Below, one piece after another: positions 28,808 through 39,659 of a stretch of DNA of 64,000 nt; position 1 is the stretch's first letter; the number at the start of each line of letters is the position of its first letter. The DNA is from Arcobacteraceae bacterium (GTDB lineage Bacteria; Campylobacterota; Campylobacteria; Campylobacterales; Arcobacteraceae). A program made the translations under genes and the position numbers. The stretch lies in contig OY759974.1 of NCBI GenBank assembly GCA_963662945.1, positions 2,080,001 to 2,144,000 on the forward strand. The letters run 5' to 3'. The notes under the pieces are model-generated. The model was given only the letters and a program-made list of their open reading frames with translations, was not told the origin of the DNA and did no database searches.

Positions 28808-30018
28808 GTCTTGATCAAGCTCCACCATTTAGAGCACCTTTAAAGTTTTTTTTAACAGCACCTATTTTTGCTCTTATTGCTGGAGTTTTATTACTTTTTG
28901 GGGATAGCTTTGAAATACATTCTCCTACTACAATTGCTACTATACATCTACTTACTATAGGATTTATGGTGATGATAGTTTTTGGGGCATTGCAACAGAT
29001 GCTTCCTGTTGTTGCAGGTGCTGTTATACCTAAACCTATGATTGTAGCAAATACTACTTATACACTTTTAGTTCTTGGAATTATCTCTTTTGTAGTAGGT
29101 TTTGTTTTATATAATAAGTTACTTTTTTTTATCGCTTCAAATTTTTTACTTTTAGGTTTATTTTTGTTTACTTCTATTGCTTTGGTACAACTTTTAAAGG
29201 TACAAAAAAAATCATGGATAGTACTGGGTATGACACTTTCGTTAGTGTTTCTAATGGTAGCTTTTTTCATAGGTATCCATCTTATTATCTCTCATGCACT
29301 GGCTAATATCTCTACTTCTCATTATGATATTGCACTTATACATTACAATTATATATTTTTTGGATTTATCTTTTTACTTATAGTTTCAATCACATTTCAA
29401 GTGGTTCCAATGTTTTGGGTGGCAGATGCTTTTTCTCAAAAGCAACAAAAATTTATTATACTGTTTACTACACTTGTTTTGATTTGTTATGGTTTTAATA
29501 TATTTATGAACTTGGGTTTTGATACAGTTTATAAGTTTTTAATGAGTGGTGTTATACTTTATTTTGGATATATAACTATACAAAAATTAAAAAATAGAAA
29601 AAGAAAACTCAAAGATATCTCTGTATATTTTTATATAACTTCAATGATATTTTTGATGATGGGTACTCTATCTTGGATAGTGCAATTGCCATTACAATTT
29701 CTAGGTATCATTTGGGAGCTTGGTTTTGTTTATACACTTATGAATGGGATGTTATATAAAATAGTTCCTTTTCTTACATGGTTTCATCTAAGTAGTAAAG
29801 GTATTTTTGATATCCCAACTATGAGAGATATGATAAGTATAAAATGGAGTCAAATGCAGTTTAATCTTCATCTTGCAAGTGTATTGTTTTTTATTGGGGG
29901 ATTGAGTTTTAGTAGTGAGTATCTTATCAAATATGGAGCAATCTTTTTTATAGTATCAAATATACTTCTTTTTATAAATCTCTATAAAGCAGCTAGAATT
30001 TTTTTAGTGCGTTTTTAG
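28792..30018 (+). CDS. polytopic membrane protein (NnrS/haem-copper oxidase-like, hemerythrin-associated)
   Basis: LSLDQAPP, HLLTIG, QMLPV, VVPMF, YKIVPFLTWFH. Confidence 0.75.
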   Translation: MFAGLSLDQAPPFRAPLKFFLTAPIFALIAGVLLLFGDSFEIHSPTTIATIHLLTIGFMVMIVFGALQQMLPVVAGAVIPKPMIVANTTYTLLVLGIISFVVGFVLYNKLLFFIASNFLLLGLFLFTSIALVQLLKVQKKSWIVLGMTLSLVFLMVAFFIGIHLIISHALANISTSHYDIALIHYNYIFFGFIFLLIVSITFQVVPMFWVADAFSQKQQKFIILFTTLVLICYGFNIFMNLGFDTVYKFLMSGVILYFGYITIQKLKNRKRKLKDISVYFYITSMIFLMMGTLSWIVQLPLQFLGIIWELGFVYTLMNGMLYKIVPFLTWFHLSSKGIFDIPTMRDMISIKWSQMQFNLHLASVLFFIGGLSFSSEYLIKYGAIFFIVSNILLFINLYKAARIFLVRF

Positions 30019-30586
30019 CCTTTTGATAGGTTTCTTTTGTATTAATATTTAAAAACTGTTCATAATTTTCAAAAACTATCTCTTGATAGTTTTTTGAGTT
30101 TTTTATCATATAGTTTATTTTATGAATATCTTTCTTTATCATCTCTTGAATAGTTGGTAAAACATCTCTTGAAAATACTCCACAAAGATTATGTATATTA
30201 TTATCATTATCTTTTGCAATAGTGATAGAAAAGTCACTTGAATTTTTGATGAGCTTTTCTATAGTCTCCTTTTCTACAAAAGGTGTATCTACTGTGATTA
30301 TAAAAACTTTTTCATCTTTTAGAGTTTGAAATATTGTCTCTAGTGCTATCATTGGAGAAAAAATAGTTTGATTTTTATCTAAGATAAGTTGTTTATTTGG
30401 AAGTTGAAGTTTCTCATATTTATCTGTTTTTGCTGAGATATATATATTGTCAAATATGGGAAGAAGTTTCCTATATAGATACTCAATCATTGTTGTTTCA
30501 TTATCAAATTGCATAAGTGATTTATCTTCACCCATACGACTACTTTGTCCACCACTTAAGATGACGCAAGGTATAGTATTAGGCAT
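29993..30586 (-). CDS. mobA: molybdenum cofactor guanylyltransferase
   Basis: ILSGGQSSRMGEDK, VDTPF, FLNINT. Confidence 0.93.
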   Translation of the reverse strand: MPNTIPCVILSGGQSSRMGEDKSLMQFDNETTMIEYLYRKLLPIFDNIYISAKTDKYEKLQLPNKQLILDKNQTIFSPMIALETIFQTLKDEKVFIITVDTPFVEKETIEKLIKNSSDFSITIAKDNDNNIHNLCGVFSRDVLPTIQEMIKKDIHKINYMIKNSKNYQEIVFENYEQFLNINTKETYQKAKNALKKF

Positions 30587-32177
30587 TTGATGCTTCACTT
30601 ACGAGAAGTTTCCCAACTTCAAGATTTGAATCAACAAAACTTTTGATTGGTAAATCTTTCAGAGCTTTTCTCTCATCTATGGAGTCAATTTTTACTATGA
30701 TATTTGAATTTGGTTCAAAATGCAATACTGCTTCACTTATAAGTCTTTTTCTTTTAGGATTAGACACGGTTATGATGATAGCTCGTGCTTCATCTACTTT
30801 TAGAGACTCCAAAACAGGAAGTTTATCAAGGTGACCAAAGTATCCCATATAGCCTAACTTTCTTGCGAGTAATACATGTTTTAAGTTATCTGAGATGATA
30901 ACAAATGGTATCTCTTGTGTACTTAATTCTTGTGCGACAATTCTTCCTAGCATAGAAAATCCAGCTATTACCACATGGTTTTTTGCCTCAATTGGAGTAA
31001 TAACATCTGATTCATAAAACTCTTTTGCAAAATATGATGAAAGTTTATAAATATTATTTACGATAAATGGTGTCAGTATCATCGAAATTACAGTTATAAG
31101 TATCAAAAAACTTGCCATTTGAGGAGAAATCAGATGATTTGAAAGTGCTAGTGCAAAAATAGCAAATGAAAATTCCCCAACGCTAGCTAGCGCAAGAGCA
31201 GTTTTTACGGCACTATTTTTATCTGATTTTTTTATCATAATTATATAGATAACTATCGCTTTAAATAAAAATACTCCCACAAAAATAGCAAATATAATAT
31301 GAAGATTGTTTAAAAAGTAAAATACATCTATTTTAGTTCCAACACTAAAGAAAAATGCTCCTAAAAGCAGGTCTTTGTAGCTAGAGATATCTGATTCTAC
31401 TTTTACACTATATCCAGTATCAGCTATAATCATACCAGCAATAAAGGCACCCAAAGAGTAAGTAAACCCTAAATCATGAGCTAAAAGTGAAGCCCCAATC
31501 ACTATAGAAAAAACAGCCCCTAAAAACAGTTCTTCTAAACCACTTGAAGCTGAAGATCTAAGGAGTATATTTACTATTTTTTTCCCAATTGTAAACATAA
31601 ATAAGATAATTATCAATGCAGATATAAAAGTTTGAAATAAAACTTCTGTTAAAGATAATGTATCATTTGTTAGAAAAGTTATAAGTAAAAGTATAGGTAT
31701 CACTGCTAAATCTTGAAATATTAAAATTCCCAATGATTTTTCCCCATAAGGTGTATGAATATCTTTTGATTCCTTAAGATAAGTTAACACAATAGCAGTT
31801 GATGAAAGGGAAAATGCTAATGAGATAATAATCGAAGTATTAAAATCTAATTTAAAAATAAAATAAGAGATGATAAATATTACCAAGGTACTTAAAATAA
31901 CTTGTAAAAAACCATTTACAAGAAGTATCTCTTTCATTTTACGAATTTTGTCAAAATTGAGTTCTAATCCGATAGTAAACATCAAAAATACAATTCCAAA
32001 TTCACCGATTAATTCAAGTGAATGTATGTCAATGCCATTAAAATTAAAAATATAACTAATAATAGTACCAGAAAGGATATATCCAATAATATGTGAGATA
32101 CCATATCTTTTAAAAATAATATTGAATATCGTAGCAAATGAAATCGCTAAAAAAATTGCTATAAGTATATTGTTCAT
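30579..32177 (-). CDS. CPA2 cation:proton antiporter with KTN domain
   Basis: EFGIVFLMFTIGLE, LSSTAIV, FQDLA, C-terminal KTN. Confidence 0.92.
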   Translation of the reverse strand: MNNILIAIFLAISFATIFNIIFKRYGISHIIGYILSGTIISYIFNFNGIDIHSLELIGEFGIVFLMFTIGLELNFDKIRKMKEILLVNGFLQVILSTLVIFIISYFIFKLDFNTSIIISLAFSLSSTAIVLTYLKESKDIHTPYGEKSLGILIFQDLAVIPILLLITFLTNDTLSLTEVLFQTFISALIIILFMFTIGKKIVNILLRSSASSGLEELFLGAVFSIVIGASLLAHDLGFTYSLGAFIAGMIIADTGYSVKVESDISSYKDLLLGAFFFSVGTKIDVFYFLNNLHIIFAIFVGVFLFKAIVIYIIMIKKSDKNSAVKTALALASVGEFSFAIFALALSNHLISPQMASFLILITVISMILTPFIVNNIYKLSSYFAKEFYESDVITPIEAKNHVVIAGFSMLGRIVAQELSTQEIPFVIISDNLKHVLLARKLGYMGYFGHLDKLPVLESLKVDEARAIIITVSNPKRKRLISEAVLHFEPNSNIIVKIDSIDERKALKDLPIKSFVDSNLEVGKLLVSEASNA

Positions 32178-32245
32178 GAGTATATTATATCAAATATTTT
32201 TAAAAGAATTTCTCTTGAAATGTATTATATTTTATACAATGAATA

Positions 32246-33961
32246 TTAATCTTTACTATAATGTTTGTGAAGTTCTCTAATTGTTTCATAATCATCTTTT
32301 CTAAAGAATGTAAGAATATCAAAAACCTCTTCTCTTGTTCGTCCAAGATTTAGTAGTGTTTCAGCAGCAAGTCTTAAACTACCTTCGGCAGCTTCTGGCA
32401 TTGCCCATGTTGCGCCATGTTTTAATAATGCATCACGTGTTTCCATATCTCGTGTTCTTGAAAGAACTTTTAAAATAGGATATTGTGCTCTTATGTGTGA
32501 GATTATTTTTGAAGATGTATGGTGATTATCAACTGTTATAATAACTGCTTCAACTCTCTCAAGACCTATTTTATTTAAAAATTCTAGTTCACTAAGTTCA
32601 CCATAGTATACAGCTCTTCCCTCTTTTTGTCCTAGTTCTACTCTTTTAGAGTCTATATCAAAAGCAATATAGGGAACACCAGCATATTCTAACATTGTAG
32701 CAACTAATCTACCTACTCGCCCATATCCAGCAATGACAACACCTTTCCATAACTCTTCTGGTACATAGGCAGACTCTATTTTGATAGGTTCATTATTTAA
32801 TTTAAGAGCAAGTTTATCTCCAATATTTACTATCATTGGTGTAAGAAGCATACTAAAAGAGATTATTGTTACAGCAGCAATAAAAAGTTCATCACTAATT
32901 ACACCTAATGCTTTAGCAGAACCAAAAAGAACAAATCCAAATTCTCCACTTTGTGACAAAAGAAATGAAACGGAAGCAGCTGTTGATCTACTATATCCCA
33001 TATATAACATTAAAACAAATAAAGCAATAATTTTAATCCCCATAATTACAAAAAGATGTTGAATTAAAATTAAAGGGTCATTCATCATTGCATGGATATC
33101 GATAGACATCCCAACTGCAATAAAGAACATAGTCATTAAGAGTCCTTTATAAGGTTCGACATGGGCTTGTATTTGATAATGATATTTAGAACTTGATAGC
33201 ATCATTCCCATAATAAAAGCTCCCAATGCCATTGAAAGACCAGCATGTTCCATTGCCCATGCTGCAAAAATTACCGCAAGCATAACAGAAAAGAAAAAAG
33301 CATCACGATTTTGATTTCTTGCTAAATAATCTAAAATTTTTGGAATGATATATTTCCCCAATGCTATCAAAGTTATAATTGAACCAAGTGCAATAAAAAT
33401 TTGTTGCCATAAAGAATGTCCTTGAGAAAGATCTCCCCCTTTGGCCAAAATTGGAACTAAAGCTAGTAATGGAACAACAGCGAGATCTTGCATTAATAAA
33501 ATTGCAAAGCCACTTTTCCCTACAGGGGAATATAATTGTCCTTTCTCTTGTAAAATTTGCATTACAAATGCAGTAGATGAAAGTGCGAATGTAAGACCTA
33601 CTAATAATGCAACTTGCCAAGACTGAGAATAAAAAGTACTATAGATAAAAATTAAAATACCAGATAGAATAATTTGTGCACTTCCTAAACCAAATACTTC
33701 TTTTCTCATATCCCAAAGTTTTTTAGGTTGCATCTCTAAGCCTATGACAAAGAGTAATAAAACTACACCAAATTCAGTAATATGTCGTACCGCATCAACT
33801 TTATTTGTTAAAATTGGACCAGGAGAATAGGGACCTACAATTACACCAGCAATTAAAAGTCCTAATATACTACCCAGACCAAGTTTTTTAGAAAGTGCAA
33901 CAAGTAAAGTAGCAACAGCAAATAGATAGAATGTTAAGTTTAATAATTCAGAATTATCCAA
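32246..33961 (-). CDS. KefB/KefC-like CPA2 antiporter
   Basis: EFGVVLLLFVIGLE, MQDLA, GYGRVG KTN motif. Confidence 0.92.
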   Translation of the reverse strand: MDNSELLNLTFYLFAVATLLVALSKKLGLGSILGLLIAGVIVGPYSPGPILTNKVDAVRHITEFGVVLLLFVIGLEMQPKKLWDMRKEVFGLGSAQIILSGILIFIYSTFYSQSWQVALLVGLTFALSSTAFVMQILQEKGQLYSPVGKSGFAILLMQDLAVVPLLALVPILAKGGDLSQGHSLWQQIFIALGSIITLIALGKYIIPKILDYLARNQNRDAFFFSVMLAVIFAAWAMEHAGLSMALGAFIMGMMLSSSKYHYQIQAHVEPYKGLLMTMFFIAVGMSIDIHAMMNDPLILIQHLFVIMGIKIIALFVLMLYMGYSRSTAASVSFLLSQSGEFGFVLFGSAKALGVISDELFIAAVTIISFSMLLTPMIVNIGDKLALKLNNEPIKIESAYVPEELWKGVVIAGYGRVGRLVATMLEYAGVPYIAFDIDSKRVELGQKEGRAVYYGELSELEFLNKIGLERVEAVIITVDNHHTSSKIISHIRAQYPILKVLSRTRDMETRDALLKHGATWAMPEAAEGSLRLAAETLLNLGRTREEVFDILTFFRKDDYETIRELHKHYSKD

Positions 33962-34132
33962 TTTATATTTTCCTCTTAAAATTATCTTTAGATAATTTAT
34001 AATGATTATTATATCTATTAATCAATTAGAATTGGATTGCATTATATATTGATTAATAAACAAGGTTAATGTTATTTTAATAGATTTTTTATAGAATAAG
34101 CAAAGTTAGTAATTAATAAAAGGAATTTAAGT

Positions 34133-35422
34133 ATGACAAAATATGTTGAGACTTTTCAGGATTTTATATCCAAAGAAGCATTTAGTGGATTTTTACTTTT
34201 TACTGCAACTGTAGTTGCCGTTATTGTAGCAAATTCTTCACTTTCGCAAGAGTATTATAATCTATGGCATGCACCACTTGGTGTAACTATGGGGGATATG
34301 AATATCTCTATGAGTTTATCTATGTGGATAAATGATGGTTTGATGGCACTATTTTTTTTAATGGTTGGATTAGAGATTAAAAGAGAGATGCTTATAGGTG
34401 AGTTAAGCAGTGTAAGAAAAGCTTCTTTTCCTGTAATTGCAGCAGTAGGTGGAATGGTGATTCCTGCACTTATTTATGTAGGATTAAATCCTGAAAATCC
34501 AATTGGTTTTGGAGTTCCTATGGCTACAGATATTGCATTTGCATTAGGAATTTTACTGCTTCTTGGTAACAAAGTAAATCCAGCATTAAAATTATTTTTA
34601 GTAGCACTTGCTGTTGTTGATGATTTGGGGGCTGTTTTAGTAGTAGCAACTGTATACACAAGTGAAATTCATGCAGCTTATTTTCTCCATGCTATTTTAA
34701 TTTATGCATTGATTTGGATACTCAATCTTAAAGGTGTAAAAGCACTTTGGCCTTATCTAATTCTTGGAATTTTTTTATGGGTTTATATACATGCTATAGG
34801 TATTCACGCAACTATTGCTGGGGTATTATTAGCTTTAGCTATACCTATTAGTTCAAAAATTGAAGAGAGAAAATTTATTGAAACTTCAAAAAAAGCAATA
34901 GATGAATTTGAAAAACACATCGATGAGATACCAATTTTAAATCATCATCAAATAGATGCTTTAGAAAATATAGCTTATGGATATGATAAAGTACAAAATC
35001 CATTAGTCAAATTAGAACATCAGCTTCATGGGTTTAGTGCATTTTTTATTATGCCACTTTTTGCTTTTGCAAATGCAGGAGTTGTTATAGATTTTAGTGG
35101 GGTTTCACAACATCTTATGATAGTTTTAGGAGTTGTTTTCGGACTAGTTATAGGAAAACCTATAGGAATAGTAGCTTTTACTTATCTTGCATCAAAAACG
35201 AAACTTATTCATAAACCTGATAATTTAAGTTGGGAAGAGATAGTTGCTGTTGGATTCTTAGCTGGGATTGGGTTTACAATGTCTATTTTTATAACTCATT
35301 TAGCGTTTGTAGATGAGAGTGTAATTAGTGCAGTAAAACTTGGAATTTTTATAGCTTCTTTTATAGCTGGAGTTCTTGGAGTTTTACTAATAAATAGAGC
35401 TTCTAAAAAACAGTGTAGTTAA
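34133..35422 (+). CDS. nhaA: Na+/H+ antiporter NhaA
   Basis: WINDGLM, ATDIAFA, VVDDLGA, GIGFTMS. Confidence 0.97.
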   Translation: MTKYVETFQDFISKEAFSGFLLFTATVVAVIVANSSLSQEYYNLWHAPLGVTMGDMNISMSLSMWINDGLMALFFLMVGLEIKREMLIGELSSVRKASFPVIAAVGGMVIPALIYVGLNPENPIGFGVPMATDIAFALGILLLLGNKVNPALKLFLVALAVVDDLGAVLVVATVYTSEIHAAYFLHAILIYALIWILNLKGVKALWPYLILGIFLWVYIHAIGIHATIAGVLLALAIPISSKIEERKFIETSKKAIDEFEKHIDEIPILNHHQIDALENIAYGYDKVQNPLVKLEHQLHGFSAFFIMPLFAFANAGVVIDFSGVSQHLMIVLGVVFGLVIGKPIGIVAFTYLASKTKLIHKPDNLSWEEIVAVGFLAGIGFTMSIFITHLAFVDESVISAVKLGIFIASFIAGVLGVLLINRASKKQCS

Positions 35423-35425
35423 AAT

Positions 35426-37018
35426 ATGTTAACAATTATTGTTGCTACACTATTAATCTCTTTAGTGGCTAATATATTTTTAAAGAGATTTAACCTTCCT
35501 ACAATTATAGGTTATATTGTTACAGGTACAATTATTGCCTATGGATTTGGACTGCATGATGCTGTCCATAACCATGAACTTAAAGAGATAGCAGAATTTG
35601 GAGTAGTTTTTTTAATGTTCACTATTGGATTAGAATTTTCTATAGAACATTTAAAAAAGATGAAATATGAAGTATTTGTTGCAGGTACTTTACAGATAGT
35701 TATTACCTCTTTTATAGTGTATCTTATGGCATATTATATTTTTGATATTACACAAAAAACCTCTTTTATAATCTCTCTTGCAATTGCCTTATCTTCAACG
35801 GCAATTGTTTTAAAAACATTTAATGAAACAGGAGAAATAAATAAACGATATGGACAAAGAAGTTTAGGGATTTTGATTATGCAAGATATTGCAGTAATCC
35901 CTATCTTACTTATTATAGGTTTTATGAGCAATAATAATCAAGGGGAAATCTCATCAGTTTTACTACAAATGGGATTGAGTGCATTGGTTTTACTTGTTTT
36001 ACTAGGAACTATAGGAAAATATCTTTTAGAGCCATTTTTCACTCAAATTGTAAAAACAAATTCTGATGAACTTTTTATTACTACGATTCTTTTCTTAGCA
36101 ATAGGGGCTTCATATTTAGCACATATTTTAGGATTTTCATACTCTCTTGGAGCCTTTATTGCAGGAATGTTGATTGCAGAAACAAAATATAAACATCAAG
36201 CTGAAGCAGATCTTATCCCATTTAGAGATATTCTTCTAGGAATCTTTTTTATTACTGTTGGAATGCAAATAGACTTTAATATTATTTTTTCATATATTCA
36301 TATTATAGCTATGCTATTGGTGGGTGTTGTTGTTTTAAAATTTATAATTATCTATTCAATAGTAAGAACTACTGAAAATAGTAAAATAAGTTTGCAAACA
36401 GCATTAAGTTTGGTGCAAATAGGAGAATTTTCTTTAGCTTTGTTAGAACTTGCTAGAACAAATGGACTTATAGGTCCACCACATGGTCAAATTATGATTG
36501 TTACTATTGTAATTTCAATGATTCTTACTCCAATTATTTTAAAAAACATCCCTTTTATTGTGGATTTATTTATTAAAAAAGAGCAAATAGTTGAGAATCA
36601 AATAGAGTCAAGTGATTATACAAATCATACGATTATTATAGGTTTTGGAGAGTTTGGACAAAATGTTGCAAAAGTATTAAGGAATGATTCATTCCCTTAT
36701 ATTGCTATAGAGAATAACATAGAAACGTACCATAAAGTAAAAGCGCTGAATGAACCAATAATATTTGGAAATGCAGTAAAAAAAGATATTTTAAAAACGG
36801 CAAATGTCAAAGAGGCTAAAAATATTGTAATAGCTATAGATAATCCTAAGAAGCTTTACCATGTGTGTCACACTTTACAACATTTTCTTTCAAATGAAAA
36901 TATAATTGTTAAGGTACATAATAGTGGAGAAAAGCATATAATTGAAGAATTAGGTATTCAAAATATTATAGTTGAAAATGAAATTAGTAGTCAAGAAGTT
37001 TTAAAAAAACTTTTATAA
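35426..37018 (+). CDS. CPA2 cation:proton antiporter with KTN domain
   Basis: EFGVVFLMFTIGLE, MQDIA, GFGEFG. Confidence 0.92.
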   Translation: MLTIIVATLLISLVANIFLKRFNLPTIIGYIVTGTIIAYGFGLHDAVHNHELKEIAEFGVVFLMFTIGLEFSIEHLKKMKYEVFVAGTLQIVITSFIVYLMAYYIFDITQKTSFIISLAIALSSTAIVLKTFNETGEINKRYGQRSLGILIMQDIAVIPILLIIGFMSNNNQGEISSVLLQMGLSALVLLVLLGTIGKYLLEPFFTQIVKTNSDELFITTILFLAIGASYLAHILGFSYSLGAFIAGMLIAETKYKHQAEADLIPFRDILLGIFFITVGMQIDFNIIFSYIHIIAMLLVGVVVLKFIIIYSIVRTTENSKISLQTALSLVQIGEFSLALLELARTNGLIGPPHGQIMIVTIVISMILTPIILKNIPFIVDLFIKKEQIVENQIESSDYTNHTIIIGFGEFGQNVAKVLRNDSFPYIAIENNIETYHKVKALNEPIIFGNAVKKDILKTANVKEAKNIVIAIDNPKKLYHVCHTLQHFLSNENIIVKVHNSGEKHIIEELGIQNIIVENEISSQEVLKKLL

Positions 37019-37043
37019 ACTAGAGGGTTTCCTCTAGTTTATA
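37014..37043. terminator. bidirectional terminator
   Basis: TATAAACTAGAGG-GTTT-CCTCTAGTTTATA between convergent genes. Confidence 0.8.
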
Positions 37044-37046
37044 CTT

Positions 37047-38078
37047 TTAGTTAAACTCTGGTTTTGGAGTTTTATCTGTTATTACCGGTAAAATAGGGTA
37101 AGTTATAGTTGGTTTTTTCCCTGTTAAAGAGTTTAAGAAAGTTACAATTTGTTCACTCTCTTTATCAGTTATTTTAATACCTAACTGAGTAGAACCCATC
37201 TCTTTAACTGCATCTTTTAGTGACCAAATATTACCATTGTGGAAATATGGTGCTGTTTCTTGGATATTTCTAAGTGTTGGAGTTTTTACCATACCATCTT
37301 TATTTCCTTTAAAATCACCCTTTGCATAAGAGTATTTTGCGTGAATTTGGAATGGTTGCATAGTACCACCAAGACCTATATCTGTATGACAAGCAGTACA
37401 ACCTTTATCAATAAATACTTTTAAACCTGTTTTTTCCTCTTTTGTTAATGCATTTGCATTACCATTTAAAAATGCATCAAATCTTGAAGGTGTTATAAGG
37501 GTTCTTTCAAATACAGCAATTGTATCTGTAATAAGTTCAAATGTAATTTTTACATCATCTCCATAAGCTTTTTTAAATTCAGCTACATAATCAGGCATAG
37601 AAGTTACACGTGCAAGAACTAAATCTTTTGGAGCTGCCATCTCTGGACCTGCTTGAACTGGACCTTGTGCTTGCGCTTCTAAGTGAGGGTCTCTTCCATC
37701 CCAAAATTGTACAGCATTTAAAACTGAGTTATAAACAGTTGGAGAGTTTAAATGATGTGGGTTTGCTGTCCATTTGTGACCAATTGCAGCACCAACTCCA
37801 TCAACACCACCCATTGCTAGGTTGTGACATGTATTACATGAAATTAGATTACTTTTTGAAAGTCTTGGATCAAAATAGAGTTTTTTCCCTAATTCTACTT
37901 TACAATCTGTAATAGGATTTTTTGGATTATCCACTAACTTTAATACCTCTAATTTACTTTGTGGGATAGCTTTAAGACCTGAGTCTTTTGCTGATTTGAT
38001 AAGTGAAGTATCACTCATACCAAATAAACTTACACTTGTAAACAATGTAGCTGCAGCTACGATAGATAATTTTTTCAT
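37047..38078 (-). CDS. di-haem cytochrome c peroxidase (canonical)
   Basis: Signal peptide, CNTCH, IGH, QFWDGR, CTACH, PTLRN..TAPYFHNG, EMG. Confidence 0.95.
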   Translation of the reverse strand: MKKLSIVAAATLFTSVSLFGMSDTSLIKSAKDSGLKAIPQSKLEVLKLVDNPKNPITDCKVELGKKLYFDPRLSKSNLISCNTCHNLAMGGVDGVGAAIGHKWTANPHHLNSPTVYNSVLNAVQFWDGRDPHLEAQAQGPVQAGPEMAAPKDLVLARVTSMPDYVAEFKKAYGDDVKITFELITDTIAVFERTLITPSRFDAFLNGNANALTKEEKTGLKVFIDKGCTACHTDIGLGGTMQPFQIHAKYSYAKGDFKGNKDGMVKTPTLRNIQETAPYFHNGNIWSLKDAVKEMGSTQLGIKITDKESEQIVTFLNSLTGKKPTITYPILPVITDKTPKPEFN

Positions 38079-38168
38079 AATTTTCCTTTTTGAATAATTT
38101 CAATAATAAGTATAAAGAAAAAAAATGTGAAAATTATGTGGAAATTAAATTTACCTAAAATAAAAAGA

Positions 38169-39659
38169 TTACTTTTTTAAAGTGATAATAAACAAAGCAC
38201 CACCTTTACTATTTTTAACTTCTAACTTCCCTTTACTTTTTTCAATAATCATCTTTGACATGTAAAGACCTATCCCTAGACCTTTCTCTTTTGTGGTAAA
38301 ATATGGCTCAAATATTTTTTCTAGAAGTTCTTGTTTTATTCCACCTGCATTATCTTTTATCTCTATTTTTATGGTATCTTTTTCACTATATGTATTTATA
38401 GTAATATTTGGATTTTTGATTGATTGTTTTATAAATTGATCTTTTGCATTATTCAAAATATTAAAAATCACCTGTAAAAACTCTCCTTTATATACTTTGA
38501 TAGAGATATTTTCATCTAGAGTACACTTTATATCTATATTATGTGATTTAAAACTATCTTCTAAAAGGTTTATCACCTCTTTTATAGATTTACTCAAATC
38601 AAAAAGTTCTGTTGTATTTGTATTTCTAAAAAAATCTCTAAAATCATCTATTGTATTGGAAAGGTATTTTAACTGTCCATTAGCAAGTTTTATTTTTTTA
38701 TCAAAATATTCTAGGGTTAATTTATCTTTTTTATATGCTGTGTTGAGATTCATTAAAATATAAGAAAGATGGGTAAGTGGCTGTCTCCATTGGTGGGCAA
38801 TATTACCTATCATCTCTCCCATTGATGCTAGTTTACTTTGGTATGTGAGGTTGTGAAGTTGTTTCTGAGATTGTTTCAATTTTCTATAAAAAAGTGTAAA
38901 AAGGGTCAAAAAAAGTGCAACAAGTACAAATAGTATATTCAAAGTTATATAAACACTCTTTTGTACCATATCTCTTTGCTTTATCAGTAACAACTTCATT
39001 TTTTCTAAAAGTGTATCTATGTTTTTATTGATTGCTTCATTTTGATATTGTAATTGAAAATTGATACTACTTTGTAAAGTTTTTACCTCTTTTACAAAAA
39101 TCTCTTTAAATTTATTATCTATTTTTAAGTCATAATACTTCACTAAATCCATATCATAAAACTCTTTTTGCTTATTTGAAAGTAAGTCAAGTCTTATGTT
39201 ATTAAGCTTATTTTTTGTCTCAAGGTCAAAGTTTGCTAGTTCATAGTGTGACCTATCTAAAATAATCGATATTATTTTTTCATCGGTTGCTCTTCTTGCT
39301 TTAAACCTTTCCAACCAAATAACTTTTTGACCAAATTGTATATCTAGTTGATCTAATATATTTATATAAGAGGCTTCAAAATGAACATTTTTTGCATCAT
39401 TTTTTATTTTTTTAATCGATTGTAGACTCAATGTAATATCTTGATTTATAATATCAAAATTGTCTACTTTCATATACCCTTTAATATAATTATTTAATTT
39501 ATTATTTAAAGCTATAAGTGTATTTATTTTATCATTGTGATCAAAAAAAAGTTGTGTATTTTTTTTGTGAATGAGAATTGTATAAAACATAATCAAAAAA
39601 ACTACAAGTAAAGTTATTAATACTATATAGATATTATTTCGTATAAGATATTGTCTCAT
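38169..39659 (-). CDS. sensor histidine kinase with all-helical periplasmic domain
   Basis: Two TMs, IAHQWRQPL, DNAGGI, GLGIGL. Confidence 0.93.
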   Translation of the reverse strand: MRQYLIRNNIYIVLITLLVVFLIMFYTILIHKKNTQLFFDHNDKINTLIALNNKLNNYIKGYMKVDNFDIINQDITLSLQSIKKIKNDAKNVHFEASYINILDQLDIQFGQKVIWLERFKARRATDEKIISIILDRSHYELANFDLETKNKLNNIRLDLLSNKQKEFYDMDLVKYYDLKIDNKFKEIFVKEVKTLQSSINFQLQYQNEAINKNIDTLLEKMKLLLIKQRDMVQKSVYITLNILFVLVALFLTLFTLFYRKLKQSQKQLHNLTYQSKLASMGEMIGNIAHQWRQPLTHLSYILMNLNTAYKKDKLTLEYFDKKIKLANGQLKYLSNTIDDFRDFFRNTNTTELFDLSKSIKEVINLLEDSFKSHNIDIKCTLDENISIKVYKGEFLQVIFNILNNAKDQFIKQSIKNPNITINTYSEKDTIKIEIKDNAGGIKQELLEKIFEPYFTTKEKGLGIGLYMSKMIIEKSKGKLEVKNSKGGALFIITLKK

